A stretch of 64,000 nucleotides of DNA from assembly GCA_034439575.1 (NCBI GenBank), contig JAWXAQ010000007.1, forward strand, positions 160,001-224,000, written 5' to 3'. This document shows, piece after piece, positions 1 to 10,375 of this stretch. The DNA comes from Leptospira sp. Its GTDB lineage: Bacteria; Spirochaetota; Leptospiria; Leptospirales; Leptospiraceae. Below the pieces are notes generated by a model. It was not told where the DNA came from, ran no database searches, and saw only the letters and a list, made by a program, of their open reading frames with translations. The position numbers and the translations under genes are program-made. The number at the start of each line of letters is the position of its first letter. Positions within the stretch are counted from its first letter, which is position 1.

Positions 1-1
1 A

Positions 2-1396
2 TCAAAAATAGAATCAAAAATTAATTACAGTACCGTCATTTCTGATATTTTGATGGGTGGACTAAGTGGTATTGATTTTATGAAATATATTTCAGAATCA
101 AATTTAAATTTACCAGTCATTCTAATGACAGGAAACCCTAACCTTAGTTCTGCGGAATCTGCTGTAAGATACAAAGCCTTTGACTATATCTCAAAACCTG
201 TTGAAAGAAATCAGTTACTAAACGTAGTAAAAAAGGCCCTTGATTTAAAATTTCAAAAAGATGCAGAATCAGAAAAATTCCATCAATCTGAGATTATGGA
301 GAAGGTTTTAAGATCTCAAAATTTAGATTTGAATAGGCAGAACTCTGCCATTCTCAATGCAACGAGCGATGCTGTAATCACTATTGATTCACATCAAATT
401 ATCGTATCTGCGAATCTTGCCACTTTTGAATTATTTAAGTACAGTGATTATAGCGAGATTATCGGCCAACCCGTTGAAGTTATTTTTACTTTAGATAAAT
501 ATGAAAAGTACATGAAACAGGTTAGAACTGTGATGACACAAAATTCAGATAAAAAAGCCATTCAACTACCTGATGTTACACTCAAAAGAAAAGATAATTC
601 AACATTTCTCGCAGATATAGCGATCTGCTCTTATATCATTGATGGTGATTTATATTTTACTGGAGTGGTTCGCGATGTAACTCAAAAAAAAGTTATGGTC
701 CAACAGCTAATAGATTCTGAAAGAAGAGCATTTCTTTCCACAGTTGCGGCAAGCATCGGTCATGAAATCAACAATTCACTGACTGCGATTCAAGGTTTTA
801 CAGAAATGGCAATGAAGGACAACGCAGATATTAATCTAAAAAATCGAGCTTTGCAAGTGACCATGAATCAAACGCAAAAATTGCAAGCTTTAACTTCGAA
901 TTTATTATTACTTGGTAAATCAAAAAGTATAAATTCAAATGAAAATGAATCGATAGAAATAAATGAAGCTATCAATAGTGTAATGGAAGTTTTTCGTGAA
1001 ACAGCACGCTTAAAATATTGCCAAATCAATTGGGAGTCAAGTTCTGAAAAAATATATATCAGAGTCAGTTCAGATCAATTCAGTATACTTCTCACAAATT
1101 TGTTGTTAAACGCCGCTGATGCGACTAACAATTCAGGAACGATACAATTGACAATTGAACCGAGTGCTAAACAAATTAAACTTCATGTTCATGATGACGG
1201 CATCGGAATGACAGATGAAGTTATGTCAAAGATATTTGATCCTTACTTCACAACAAAGGAACTAGGAAAAGGTACAGGTTTAGGTTTGTTTGTTGTAAAA
1301 CAAATTACTGATACTTTCGGTATTCAAATTGATATTAAATCAAAACTGAACCACGGTACAACCTTTAGTTTATCTTTTGAAAGAGTAAGTGAATGA
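2..1396 (+). CDS. Hybrid response regulator/PAS/histidine kinase, 5'-truncated by the window edge
   Basis: Frame is open from base 2 (...TVISDILMGG, receiver Asp). Also has VILMTG and YISKP receiver motifs, PAS/PAC (VVRDVT), H-box GHEINN, N-box NAADA and G-boxes DDGIG, FTTK, GTGLGL. Confidence 0.9.
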   Translation, partial: SKIESKINYSTVISDILMGGLSGIDFMKYISESNLNLPVILMTGNPNLSSAESAVRYKAFDYISKPVERNQLLNVVKKALDLKFQKDAESEKFHQSEIMEKVLRSQNLDLNRQNSAILNATSDAVITIDSHQIIVSANLATFELFKYSDYSEIIGQPVEVIFTLDKYEKYMKQVRTVMTQNSDKKAIQLPDVTLKRKDNSTFLADIAICSYIIDGDLYFTGVVRDVTQKKVMVQQLIDSERRAFLSTVAASIGHEINNSLTAIQGFTEMAMKDNADINLKNRALQVTMNQTQKLQALTSNLLLLGKSKSINSNENESIEINEAINSVMEVFRETARLKYCQINWESSSEKIYIRVSSDQFSILLTNLLLNAADATNNSGTIQLTIEPSAKQIKLHVHDDGIGMTDEVMSKIFDPYFTTKELGKGTGLGLFVVKQITDTFGIQIDIKSKLNHGTTFSLSFERVSE

Positions 1397-2382
1397 CTTC
1401 AAATCTAATTTCGAGCGAAACATATCAGTATCTTTATGAAAAATTTGGAAACGACATTCAAATTTTTCCATTGCAAGATGAAGCATCTACACGCCGTTAT
1501 TTTTTACTCGAATCAAAAACAAAAAAATTTGTGATCTGTCTTGATAATCAAGTTAATGAAGACTTTATTTTGTTATCTGATTTCTTTTTAGATCAAAATA
1601 TTAGAGTCCCAAAAGTTTTAGAAAGAAATGATAATTTAAATTTATTAATTTTAAGTTGGGAAGGGCAAAAAGATCTGAGTAGTTTAGATCAAGATACATA
1701 CCAAAAACAGATTCCAGATGTATTAAATTTATTACTAAAAATACAAAAACTCAATCCTCCCGTACTCGTAAAAAATAGAAAATTTGATACAGAAAAACTG
1801 ATGTCAGAAATTTTACTTACCGAATCAAAATTTGAAATATTTAAAAACTTATATAACATATCTACTGACATTTCTATAGAAGTTCATGCATTCTTAGAAG
1901 AATGTGCTGGGTATTTAAGCAAACATGAAGTTAACGTCTTTACTCATCGTGACTTTCATTCAAGAAATTTATTATTAAATGATGAAGGTTCTATGACCTT
2001 AATTGATTTTCAGGATGCGAGAATGGGAGTTCCCCAATATGATTTGGCAAGTATTTTATATGATGCTTATTATCCTTTGCCAAGGGACTTTCGCATTCAA
2101 ATGTTAGCCTACTTTCAAAAACACTCCATTGGTGGTACAGTAAAATTTAAAGAAACGTTTTATTTACAATCTCTCCAACGATCTTTTAAAGCATTAGGTA
2201 CTTACTTTAGAATGGTCGTAGATGAGAAAAAAGACAAATTTAAACCTTCCATATTATCCTGCCTTGATCAACTAGAAGAAATAGTGCAATTAGGAATGTT
2301 TTCTGATGCACTTTATATTTTTGTAAGATCACTACGAAATGAATTACAAAAACATCCAGATTTTAAAATTAAAATTAAATAA
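1393..2382 (+). CDS. amgK: APH-family phosphotransferase, AmgK-like anomeric MurNAc/GlcNAc kinase
   Basis: EASTRRYF, HRDFHSRNLL, IDFQDARMG, YDLAS and QRSFKALG motifs; adjacent to a MurU-like gene. Confidence 0.75.
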   Translation: MTSNLISSETYQYLYEKFGNDIQIFPLQDEASTRRYFLLESKTKKFVICLDNQVNEDFILLSDFFLDQNIRVPKVLERNDNLNLLILSWEGQKDLSSLDQDTYQKQIPDVLNLLLKIQKLNPPVLVKNRKFDTEKLMSEILLTESKFEIFKNLYNISTDISIEVHAFLEECAGYLSKHEVNVFTHRDFHSRNLLLNDEGSMTLIDFQDARMGVPQYDLASILYDAYYPLPRDFRIQMLAYFQKHSIGGTVKFKETFYLQSLQRSFKALGTYFRMVVDEKKDKFKPSILSCLDQLEEIVQLGMFSDALYIFVRSLRNELQKHPDFKIKIK

Positions 2383-3104
2383 TGAACCATTTTTTCTTTT
2401 TGGCTGCTGGTTTCGGAAAACGAATGGGATCGTGGACCGTTGGTACACCAAAACCATTGTTAAAGATTGATGGAATTTCATTTCTTGATTATTCATTATT
2501 CTTGGCTAATAAATGGGGAGCTAAAAAATCTTGGATCAACGTACATTACTTAGGTGATAAAATAATTTTCCATTTAAAAAAATTTAATGGATTTCCATTG
2601 GATATTTCATATGAGAAAAAAGAAATACTAGGGACAGCTGGTGGTATCAAAACAGCTTTAGAAAATGTAATTTTAGACCAACCTTTAGTATTGTATAATC
2701 CTGATACTCTCCTCTTTCCAAATAATAATTTTAAATTAAAATCGACATTACCAAAAGAATCAAAAATTCACCTTTATTTAAATCAACTTTCACCAAACGA
2801 TAACTATACGAAAATTAAATTGGAAGAATCAGGTCATATTTGCTTTGGTGATGGGGATTTATATTATATTGGTTTAGCGCTTATACATTTGGATATTCTA
2901 AAGGAAATTGAAAGTCATACCTATGCTGATCTTTCACCCATTTTTAAAGAACTAGCAAAAACAAATCAAATTACTGGTGAAATTTTTGATGGTGATACAT
3001 TGGATCTTGGTGAAAAAGATCTTTATGAATCCTATCTAAACAAAAATGTGTTTGGGGATCAAAAAAAAGAAATACTAGAATTTATTGCGAAAAGCTTTAC
3101 CTAA
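2382..3104 (+). CDS. murU: Nucleotidyltransferase, MurU-like
   Basis: LAAGFGKRM..T...PKPLL, INVHYL and ILGTAGGI motifs; coupled to amgK-like gene. Confidence 0.7.
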   Translation: MNHFFFLAAGFGKRMGSWTVGTPKPLLKIDGISFLDYSLFLANKWGAKKSWINVHYLGDKIIFHLKKFNGFPLDISYEKKEILGTAGGIKTALENVILDQPLVLYNPDTLLFPNNNFKLKSTLPKESKIHLYLNQLSPNDNYTKIKLEESGHICFGDGDLYYIGLALIHLDILKEIESHTYADLSPIFKELAKTNQITGEIFDGDTLDLGEKDLYESYLNKNVFGDQKKEILEFIAKSFT

Positions 3105-3105
3105 A

Positions 3106-4452
3106 TTATTTCAAGTGATCCAAAATTTGTTTTTGTCTATCTTCAAAGCCTTTTTTACCAAGTAAGGCAAACATATTATTTTTATAATCCTCAACCCCAG
3201 GTTGGTCAAAAGGATTCACACCTAACATATATCCAGAAATAGCACAACTGAATTCAAAAAAATAAAGCAGTTCGCCTAATGTTTCTTCGTTTAAAATAGG
3301 TAAATGTAGTTCCAAACAAGGAACATTCCCATCACTATGGGCAACTAATGTTCCTAATATCGCTTGTTTTGTAACATCAGAAAGTTTTTTTCCAGCTAGA
3401 TAATTTAATCCATCACTATCATCCGATTTTTCTGTCAGATAAACATCTGTTTTTGGTGAATCAATTTGTAAGACGGTTTCAAATAAATTTCGTTCACCAT
3501 CTTGCAAATATTGTCCCATAGAGTGTAAATCTGTTGTGAATTGGACAGAAGCAGGAAAAATTCCTTTACCACCTTTTCCTTCACTTTCACCAAACAACTG
3601 TTTCCACCATTCCATTGTAAAAGAAAGATTTGGTTGGTAACTAACCAAAACTTCAGTTTTTTTACCTTTGTCATAAAGTGCATTTCTATAGCTCGCATAT
3701 CGACAAGCTAAGTTATTTTTGGGATCTTTTTGTGCTTTTAATTCAGATTCCATCACTTTCGCACCATCCACTAATTGGTTGATCGAAAATCCGGCAGCAG
3801 CTATCGGTAACAATCCCACTGGAGTTAAAAATGAATACCGACCTCCCACATCATCTGGAATCACAAACGTAGGAAATCCATACTCATCAGATAATTTTTT
3901 CAATGCGCCTTTTGCTTTGTCTGTAGTGGAAAAAACTCTATTTTTTACGCCTTCCTTTCCATACTTTCGTTCTAACAGTGACAATAACAACCGAAAGGCG
4001 ATAGCGGGTTCCGTAGTCGTTCCTGATTTTGAAACAACATTCACTGAAAATTCTTTATTTTCCAAGAAGGCTAATAATTTGGAATGATAATCTGAATCCA
4101 AATGATGTCCTGCATAAAGAATGGTTACACCCTTTTTAGAAGGTTCCATTAAATGAAAAGGCGATGACAGTGCTTCGATCACAGCGCGAGCACCTAAGTA
4201 AGATCCTCCGATACCTACAACGACTAAGTATTGAGACGTTTTTTGAATCAAATCAGCGGCATCCCTAATTTTCTTTAAGATTTCGGGGTTAGTATTCGTG
4301 GGTAAATCTACCCAACCAAGGAATTCATTGCCAGCACCTGTTTTGGATAAGAGTGTTTCTCTAGCTTTTTCTGCCTTTGTTAGATACGCATTATAATCGG
4401 TTTCGGAGATAAATTTTTTAACAAAGCGGTCATTCAAAGTCAGGTTGGACAT
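3106..4452 (-). CDS. pgi: Glucose-6-phosphate isomerase
   Basis: GIGGSYLG, SKSGTTTE, GGRYS, QLFGESEGK, DLHSMGQ and NPFDQPGVE motifs. Confidence 0.97.
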   Translation of the reverse strand: MSNLTLNDRFVKKFISETDYNAYLTKAEKARETLLSKTGAGNEFLGWVDLPTNTNPEILKKIRDAADLIQKTSQYLVVVGIGGSYLGARAVIEALSSPFHLMEPSKKGVTILYAGHHLDSDYHSKLLAFLENKEFSVNVVSKSGTTTEPAIAFRLLLSLLERKYGKEGVKNRVFSTTDKAKGALKKLSDEYGFPTFVIPDDVGGRYSFLTPVGLLPIAAAGFSINQLVDGAKVMESELKAQKDPKNNLACRYASYRNALYDKGKKTEVLVSYQPNLSFTMEWWKQLFGESEGKGGKGIFPASVQFTTDLHSMGQYLQDGERNLFETVLQIDSPKTDVYLTEKSDDSDGLNYLAGKKLSDVTKQAILGTLVAHSDGNVPCLELHLPILNEETLGELLYFFEFSCAISGYMLGVNPFDQPGVEDYKNNMFALLGKKGFEDRQKQILDHLK

Positions 4453-4538
4453 TTTTATATTACCTTCAGAAAAATTTGAAAATTAGATTCATAATTTGTG
4501 ATGTATTTCATGAGTTGTAAAGGAATTTTGTTAAGTTA

Positions 4539-5693
4539 ATGATGGATACGAATTCACTTTTTACTGCATTTAAAATGCACTTCCCCTCACAAGATTCACC
4601 TATACGACATTTTTCGGCTCCAGCAAGGATAAATATCATCGGTGAACATGTTGATTATCTGGGTGGCATAGTGCTCCCAGCCGCCATTGATTTTTCGATC
4701 CATGTTTTAATACAAAAAAACCAATCTTCACATTATCATTTATATTCAATGGACTATGAACAGCAAACAAGCGCGCAAAAACCGTTTGTGAATTCAAAAG
4801 AATTTCCATGGTCTGATTATATTTTAGGAGTCATTCTCGAGATCGAAAAAAAAGGACTTTCTGTACCGGGATTTAATTTGCTCATCAAAGGAAACATCCC
4901 GCAAGGAGCTGGACTTTCTTCTTCAGCGGCACTTGAAGTTGCGGTCGCATACGCCATCCATTCACTCTTTGATTTCAATCTCTCAAGAGAAGAAATTGCT
5001 CTGATAGGACAAGCAGCCGAAAATCATTTTGTCGGAACCAAATGCGGAATTATGGATCAATTCATTATCGCACTCGGAAAAAAGGATCATTGCATTTCTT
5101 TAAATACAGAAAATCTCAAATACACCTATCACGAGTTTGATTTAAAAGATTATGAATTTTATCTTATCAATTCTAATGTGAAACATAGTCTGAAAGATAG
5201 CGAGTACAACGAGCGCAGAAAAGAATGTGAATCGGCACTTAAAAAAATACAGTCAGTTTATCCCGAAGTTCCATCACTGTATGATTTTCCAAATCCTAAA
5301 AAAATAGAAACACAGTTAAATTCTGCTGAATACAAACGTCTCATACATGTTACGAGCGAACGAATTAGAACAGAAAGTGTGATTTCAAATCTAAAGAATG
5401 GTGAGTTTCAAACTGTCGGAAAATTGTTATATGAATGCCATTGGTCTTTGTCAAAAAATTTCGAAGTTTCATGTTCAGAAACAGATTTTATCGTCACATA
5501 TTTAGAATCAAAGGGTGTAATTGGTGCAAGAATGATTGGCGGTGGGTTTGGTGGTTGTGTTTTAGTGCTTGATAAAAAAGAAAATTTTGCTTTGATCAGC
5601 CAAGAATTAGTAAAAATTTATACACAAAAGTTTAAATATCCTGTAAACTTTTACAAATTCAAGATATCGGATGGAGTGAAAGAAATAGGTTAG
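4539..5693 (+). CDS. galK: Galactokinase
   Basis: RINIIGEHVDY, GAGLSSSAA, CGIMDQ, YNERR and GARMIGGGFGG motifs. Confidence 0.95.
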   Translation: MMDTNSLFTAFKMHFPSQDSPIRHFSAPARINIIGEHVDYLGGIVLPAAIDFSIHVLIQKNQSSHYHLYSMDYEQQTSAQKPFVNSKEFPWSDYILGVILEIEKKGLSVPGFNLLIKGNIPQGAGLSSSAALEVAVAYAIHSLFDFNLSREEIALIGQAAENHFVGTKCGIMDQFIIALGKKDHCISLNTENLKYTYHEFDLKDYEFYLINSNVKHSLKDSEYNERRKECESALKKIQSVYPEVPSLYDFPNPKKIETQLNSAEYKRLIHVTSERIRTESVISNLKNGEFQTVGKLLYECHWSLSKNFEVSCSETDFIVTYLESKGVIGARMIGGGFGGCVLVLDKKENFALISQELVKIYTQKFKYPVNFYKFKISDGVKEIG

Positions 5694-6086
5694 ATGACTG
5701 ATAATTGGGAAGAGTATTCTATAGAATCTGGCGAATTTCAAATGGCTGTTATTTCCAAGCCACCTATCATTCTGCCTGCTTCCGCCATTGCTTTCGATCT
5801 TATTGGAGAAATCAATTTATACAATTCCCAAGCGATTCGAGAAACACTCGACACTCTGATCGAAAAAGGTAAATTACACTTTTTTTTAAATTTAGAACAA
5901 GTACTATACATTGATTCTTCGGGATTGGGTGTATTTCTAGGCATTCATTCAAAATTAGCGAAGGTAAGCGGGTTCATTCGCCTCGTCTCACCCTCTGAAA
6001 AAGTACGGTATGTCCTTGAATTAACTAAATTAAAAAGTCTCCTTCAAATTTATGAAACCATTGAAGATGCGACAAAATTAATTTAA
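5694..6086 (+). CDS. STAS-domain anti-sigma factor antagonist
   Basis: GEI..YNS and V.YIDSSGLG with the phosphorylatable Ser; ends IYETIEDA. Confidence 0.9.
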   Translation: MTDNWEEYSIESGEFQMAVISKPPIILPASAIAFDLIGEINLYNSQAIRETLDTLIEKGKLHFFLNLEQVLYIDSSGLGVFLGIHSKLAKVSGFIRLVSPSEKVRYVLELTKLKSLLQIYETIEDATKLI

Positions 6087-6946
6087 AAATAAGTCGGAAA
6101 CAAATATTTTAATTTTTGCACCTGCGCTGGATTTCTTTTTTCCACAGCAGTGACAATAGAAAATTTTGTGCTACCTACGAGTGAAGTATCTTCTCCGTTT
6201 CCGATTAAGTCAATAAGTTCAGATAACAGACGTTTTGCTGTTTCCGCGTTTTTACTCAAATTCCCCAATACCATTTCTAATGTGACATGAGCCTCATCTT
6301 CTTTCCAACAATCGTAATCAGTAGACATACAAATCATTTGGTAAAGAATTTCAGCTTCTCTGGCTAATTTTGCTTCAGGAAGTACTGTCATATTAATAAT
6401 GTCAGCCCCAAAAGAACGATACATATGAGATTCTGCTCTCGTAGAAAATAATGGACCTTCCATACAAACCAAAATTTTGTCTTTATGAATTTTAAGTCCG
6501 ATTGATTGTGCTGCTTTTTCTACTTTAACAGAAAGGCTACTTGAGAAAGGATCTGCAAAGGGAGCATGAGCAACGACACCGTTTTCAAAAAATGTCGCCT
6601 GACGAGACTTAGTTCTATCTATAATTTGTGATGGTATTACAAAATCACGGGGGTGAATTTCTTCGCGAAGACTTCCTACAGAACTAAATGCAATTATCTC
6701 TTCTACGCCTAAACTCTTTAAAGCAGCAATGTTTGCTTGAGCAGGAACTTCACTTGGATTTAGAAAATGACCACGGCCATGTCTAGGAAGAAAGGCGATC
6801 TCTTTGCCTTTGTATTTTCCAATTGTGATCGTATCGGATGGTTTTCCCCAAGGAGTGTCAGGAAATACTTCTCCTTTGATTTCCATTCCATCAAGTGAAT
6901 ATAAGCCAGTTCCTCCGATCACACCAATTTTTACTACATCTGCCAT
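6083..6946 (-). CDS. mtnP: S-methyl-5'-thioadenosine phosphorylase
   Basis: IGVIGGTG, TPWG, PRHGRGH, EGP.FSTRAES, NMT..PEA and STDYDCW motifs; GAGGAG SD upstream. Confidence 0.93.
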   Translation of the reverse strand: MADVVKIGVIGGTGLYSLDGMEIKGEVFPDTPWGKPSDTITIGKYKGKEIAFLPRHGRGHFLNPSEVPAQANIAALKSLGVEEIIAFSSVGSLREEIHPRDFVIPSQIIDRTKSRQATFFENGVVAHAPFADPFSSSLSVKVEKAAQSIGLKIHKDKILVCMEGPLFSTRAESHMYRSFGADIINMTVLPEAKLAREAEILYQMICMSTDYDCWKEDEAHVTLEMVLGNLSKNAETAKRLLSELIDLIGNGEDTSLVGSTKFSIVTAVEKRNPAQVQKLKYLFPTYF

Positions 6947-7047
6947 TGATTACTCCTCTAGTTGCAGATTGAAATATCTCTTTTTGGTTGCATTCGTTTT
7001 TTTGATGCACATCCTGGAGTCTTGGTTAGGAGTTAGAAATTAATACT

Positions 7048-8475
7048 ATGAAAAAACTGACACTTGTTTGTCTTTTAGCATTCCTTTTTACGGGACTAGG
7101 AACTTATGCTGATTCAAATTCAAATTCTTCCACAGAGGAAAATAGAAAATCAATCAGTGTAACTATTTATAATGGGGGAATGGGTCTAGTACGGGAAACG
7201 AGAACAATCAATTTAAAGAAAGGTATTCGTACAGTAAGGTTTGAGGATGTAGCTTCACAAATAATTCCGCAAACAGTTCGTATTAAATCCGAAGATCCTA
7301 AAAAGCTTACTGTTTTTGAACAAAACTACGAATATGATCTAATTTCTCATGAAAGACTTATGGATAAATATATTGGTAAAGAAGTTACTATTTACCGCGA
7401 TGGCACAGAAAAAGATCCAGGAACTAAGGCGCTTCTAATTTCAAATAACGGTGGTAGCCCCGTTTATAAAATTGGAAATGAAATTTCTCTTGGATATTAT
7501 GGAAGAATTACTGTTCCAACATTGCCAGATAATTTATTCGCTAAACCGACATTAGTTTGGAAGTTAAAAAATGAAGAAGAAAAGGAACAAAATCTCGAAG
7601 TTTCCTATCAGACAAATGGTTTAAACTGGTCTGCAGATTATATTTTAGTTTTAAATAAAGAAGAAGACAAGTCGGGTTTGAATTCATGGGTCACACTAAC
7701 AAATAATTCTGGCGCAAGGTACAAGGATGCCACACTCCAATTAGTCGCTGGTAAAATCCAATTGATAAGTAACCAACCTCAGTATGCACCTTCTCCAAAA
7801 GTTTACAAGCGTTCAATGGAAATGGAATCTTCCGATGTTGTAGCACCAGAGTTTAATCAGGAAAATTTATCAGAATATTATTTATATACTTTAGACCAAC
7901 CAACAACCATTGGATTTAATCAAACAAAACAAGTGCAATTATTTCAGTCGGAAGATGTCGGGATTAAAAAATATTTTGTTTTTGAAAATTTGCCAATGTA
8001 TGAAGGTAATGAAAAAAAATTCAACAACGCTACGGTAAAATATATCTTCAAAAATTCAAAAAACAATAACCTGGGAAGACCATTACCAGCGGGAACTATA
8101 CGAGTATTTAAAGCAGACTCGAAAGGCAGACAACAATTATTAGGCGAAGATACGATCGACCATACTCCTGATAACGAAGATGTCAAAATTAAAACAGGTC
8201 AGGCCTTTGATGTTGTTGCAAATGGGAAAAGAAATTCTTTCGAAGTTTTTAAAATTTCGAATGGTAACAAGGCTACTTACTCAGCGGAAATTAGAAATCG
8301 CAAAAAGGAAGACATAGAAGTACGATTTTATGCAACTTTATATGGAGATTGGACAATCACAAAATCATCTCACAAATTCACAAAAGAATCATCTTCGAAA
8401 GCTTACTCGGACATAGCAATCAAAGCAGGCGAAACGGTCACCGTGGAATATGCAGTAGAAACCAAATATTGGTAA
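7048..8475 (+). CDS. Exported DUF4139-like protein
   Basis: Signal peptide; VTIYN...LVRE, SY.T.GL.WSADY, N.SG..Y and LGRPLPAG motifs; AGGAG SD. Confidence 0.8.
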   Translation: MKKLTLVCLLAFLFTGLGTYADSNSNSSTEENRKSISVTIYNGGMGLVRETRTINLKKGIRTVRFEDVASQIIPQTVRIKSEDPKKLTVFEQNYEYDLISHERLMDKYIGKEVTIYRDGTEKDPGTKALLISNNGGSPVYKIGNEISLGYYGRITVPTLPDNLFAKPTLVWKLKNEEEKEQNLEVSYQTNGLNWSADYILVLNKEEDKSGLNSWVTLTNNSGARYKDATLQLVAGKIQLISNQPQYAPSPKVYKRSMEMESSDVVAPEFNQENLSEYYLYTLDQPTTIGFNQTKQVQLFQSEDVGIKKYFVFENLPMYEGNEKKFNNATVKYIFKNSKNNNLGRPLPAGTIRVFKADSKGRQQLLGEDTIDHTPDNEDVKIKTGQAFDVVANGKRNSFEVFKISNGNKATYSAEIRNRKKEDIEVRFYATLYGDWTITKSSHKFTKESSSKAYSDIAIKAGETVTVEYAVETKYW

Positions 8476-8513
8476 AATATTGATACGATTTTCTTTTTTT
8501 GGTCAAGGATTGA

Positions 8514-8554
8514 TTGACAAATCATTCAGTCCTTGATAGTTTAATATCAAACTA
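8514..8554 (+). promoter_or_regulatory. Sigma70-type promoter with overlapping palindromic putative MarR operator
   Basis: TTGACA (8514-8519), 17-bp spacer, TAGTTT (8537-8542). Inverted repeat TAGTTT-AATATC-AAACTA (8537-8554) abuts the ATG. Confidence 0.7.
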
Positions 8555-9010
8555 ATGGGAACTAAATTCAAAGGCACAAAAAAGGAGATTCAGGCACTCG
8601 ATGCATTCATTAAACTGAAGAGAGCGACTGATTCGATTACTTCTCGCATTACTGCTGATTTTTCTAAGCTAAATATCTCCGAAAGTCAATTTGGCGTTTT
8701 AGAATCCTTGTATCATTTAGGTCCCCTTTGCCAAAAAAGTTTAGGTGATAAAATATTAAAGAGTACTGGCAATATAACTCTCGTTATTGATAATTTAGAA
8801 AAAAGACAATTAGTGGAAAGAGTAAGAGACAATGAAGACCGCAGATTTATAACCATTTATCTGACTGACTCAGGAAAAAAATTGATTGAGGGTATCTTTC
8901 CCGATCATGTCAAACGCATAACAAACGAATTTGCAGTTTTGACTCATGAAGAACAAGAAAGTCTCGGAAACCTCTGTCGAAAACTAGGAAAAAAAGAACA
9001 GACTACTTAG
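8555..9010 (+). CDS. MarR-family transcriptional regulator (MhqR-like)
   Basis: SQFGVLE.LYHLGP, ILKSTGNITLVIDNLEK, DRR and LT..G winged-helix motifs. Confidence 0.93.
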   Translation: MGTKFKGTKKEIQALDAFIKLKRATDSITSRITADFSKLNISESQFGVLESLYHLGPLCQKSLGDKILKSTGNITLVIDNLEKRQLVERVRDNEDRRFITIYLTDSGKKLIEGIFPDHVKRITNEFAVLTHEEQESLGNLCRKLGKKEQTT

Positions 9011-10284
9011 TCTCTATAATCCGTCACCAAACGAAAACCAGCCCGTCTATCTTCAAGTAAGTTAGGAATTCCTCCATAAGATCTTGCGATAGCACTAGAG
9101 TTTTTAGCATTCTCAGAAAATGATCCTCCCCGAATCACTTTATAAATTTTTCCAAAAGCAAAACTCTTTAAATGATGACCTGGGTAAAGTTCATACCAGC
9201 TTGATGTCCATTCGGGTGCATTGCCACACATACCCATCGCCCCGAATGGGCTTGCTCCTTCCTGTGAAAGTTCATAAACAGAAAGCGTTTTTCCTATGTT
9301 TGACTCTCGAGTATTACATAATAATGAATCAAATTCTTCACCGAAGGGATATTTGTTGTTCGTAATTTGATAATTAATCGTTTCATCACGATTTGTATAA
9401 GCGATGACGCCACCACCTCTGGCTGCTTTTTCCCATTCAAATTCAGTAGGAATCCGTTTTCCAGTCCACCTTGCATACTTCTCTACTTCACGGTATGTTA
9501 AATTTACAACAGGATGGTTCTCTTCATTCAATGGATACTTTCCACCTATCCAATGTGCAGGTGCAATAGTATTCGTTTGTTCCAAAAAATAAGCATATTC
9601 TTTGTTTGTAACTTCATACTTATCAATATAATAAGAAGGTAATTCTTTTAAAGTGGCAAGAGATGGTTCAGAAAAATACGGATTAAAATTATCTAGTGAG
9701 GCATCACTTCCTTGGCCATAAATAAATAAACCCCGGATAACAAGCACCATTTCTTTTTTATCGATAGGATGAATAATATTTTTTCGAGGGGTTGTAAATC
9801 TTCCTTTGAAATAATTATCGGGTTCTACATAGAAATCTTCTTCCACATAACTGGCAATATATGCATCAGTAGAAATAGCGGACATTCTGGTGTTTTTGTC
9901 TGGCAAATAATCGCCAATCAAAACTACTTCAAAAAATTTATCTTTTAATGTTAAGTTCTTCTCTTCGAAATTTCTTTCCCTCATTAAAAAAGTTCCGACA
10001 GGAAAATTCGTTTCTTTTTGGAAAACGGAGTATGATTTATTTGGCTCAAAAAGACTTTTTAATTTTTCAATACTGTATTTGGCAATTTTTTGATTTCGAT
10101 ATACTCTAATTTTAATCCAAACTCGATTTTTGTAAATTCCGACCACATCTCCTTTCCAAATCATTACCTTTTTTTTGGTACTTGCAAACGGAGAAACCTC
10201 AGATGAGTCTTCATTCTCCTGAGATAATATTGTTCCAGAAAAAATAAGATACAAACAGAATATTAGAACTAATCTTAAAAGCAT
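9007..10284 (-). CDS. Exported FGE-sulfatase (SUMF1/PvdO-like) domain protein
   Basis: Signal peptide; IDKYEVTN, HPVV, RIPTEFEWEKAARG, MCGN..EW, RGGSF and GFR motifs. Confidence 0.9.
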   Translation of the reverse strand: MLLRLVLIFCLYLIFSGTILSQENEDSSEVSPFASTKKKVMIWKGDVVGIYKNRVWIKIRVYRNQKIAKYSIEKLKSLFEPNKSYSVFQKETNFPVGTFLMRERNFEEKNLTLKDKFFEVVLIGDYLPDKNTRMSAISTDAYIASYVEEDFYVEPDNYFKGRFTTPRKNIIHPIDKKEMVLVIRGLFIYGQGSDASLDNFNPYFSEPSLATLKELPSYYIDKYEVTNKEYAYFLEQTNTIAPAHWIGGKYPLNEENHPVVNLTYREVEKYARWTGKRIPTEFEWEKAARGGGVIAYTNRDETINYQITNNKYPFGEEFDSLLCNTRESNIGKTLSVYELSQEGASPFGAMGMCGNAPEWTSSWYELYPGHHLKSFAFGKIYKVIRGGSFSENAKNSSAIARSYGGIPNLLEDRRAGFRLVTDYRD

Positions 10285-10375
10285 TTCTTTCTTTAGTATC
10301 GACCACTTTCTAAAAACCTTTTGATTGAATTTTTAAAGCGAGTCTGTAGAATTAAAAAGTAGGGAAATCAATAGA

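Noticed and set aside
1393-2382. Aminoglycoside resistance gene
   Set aside because: Motifs and pairing with a MurU-like gene fit AmgK better.
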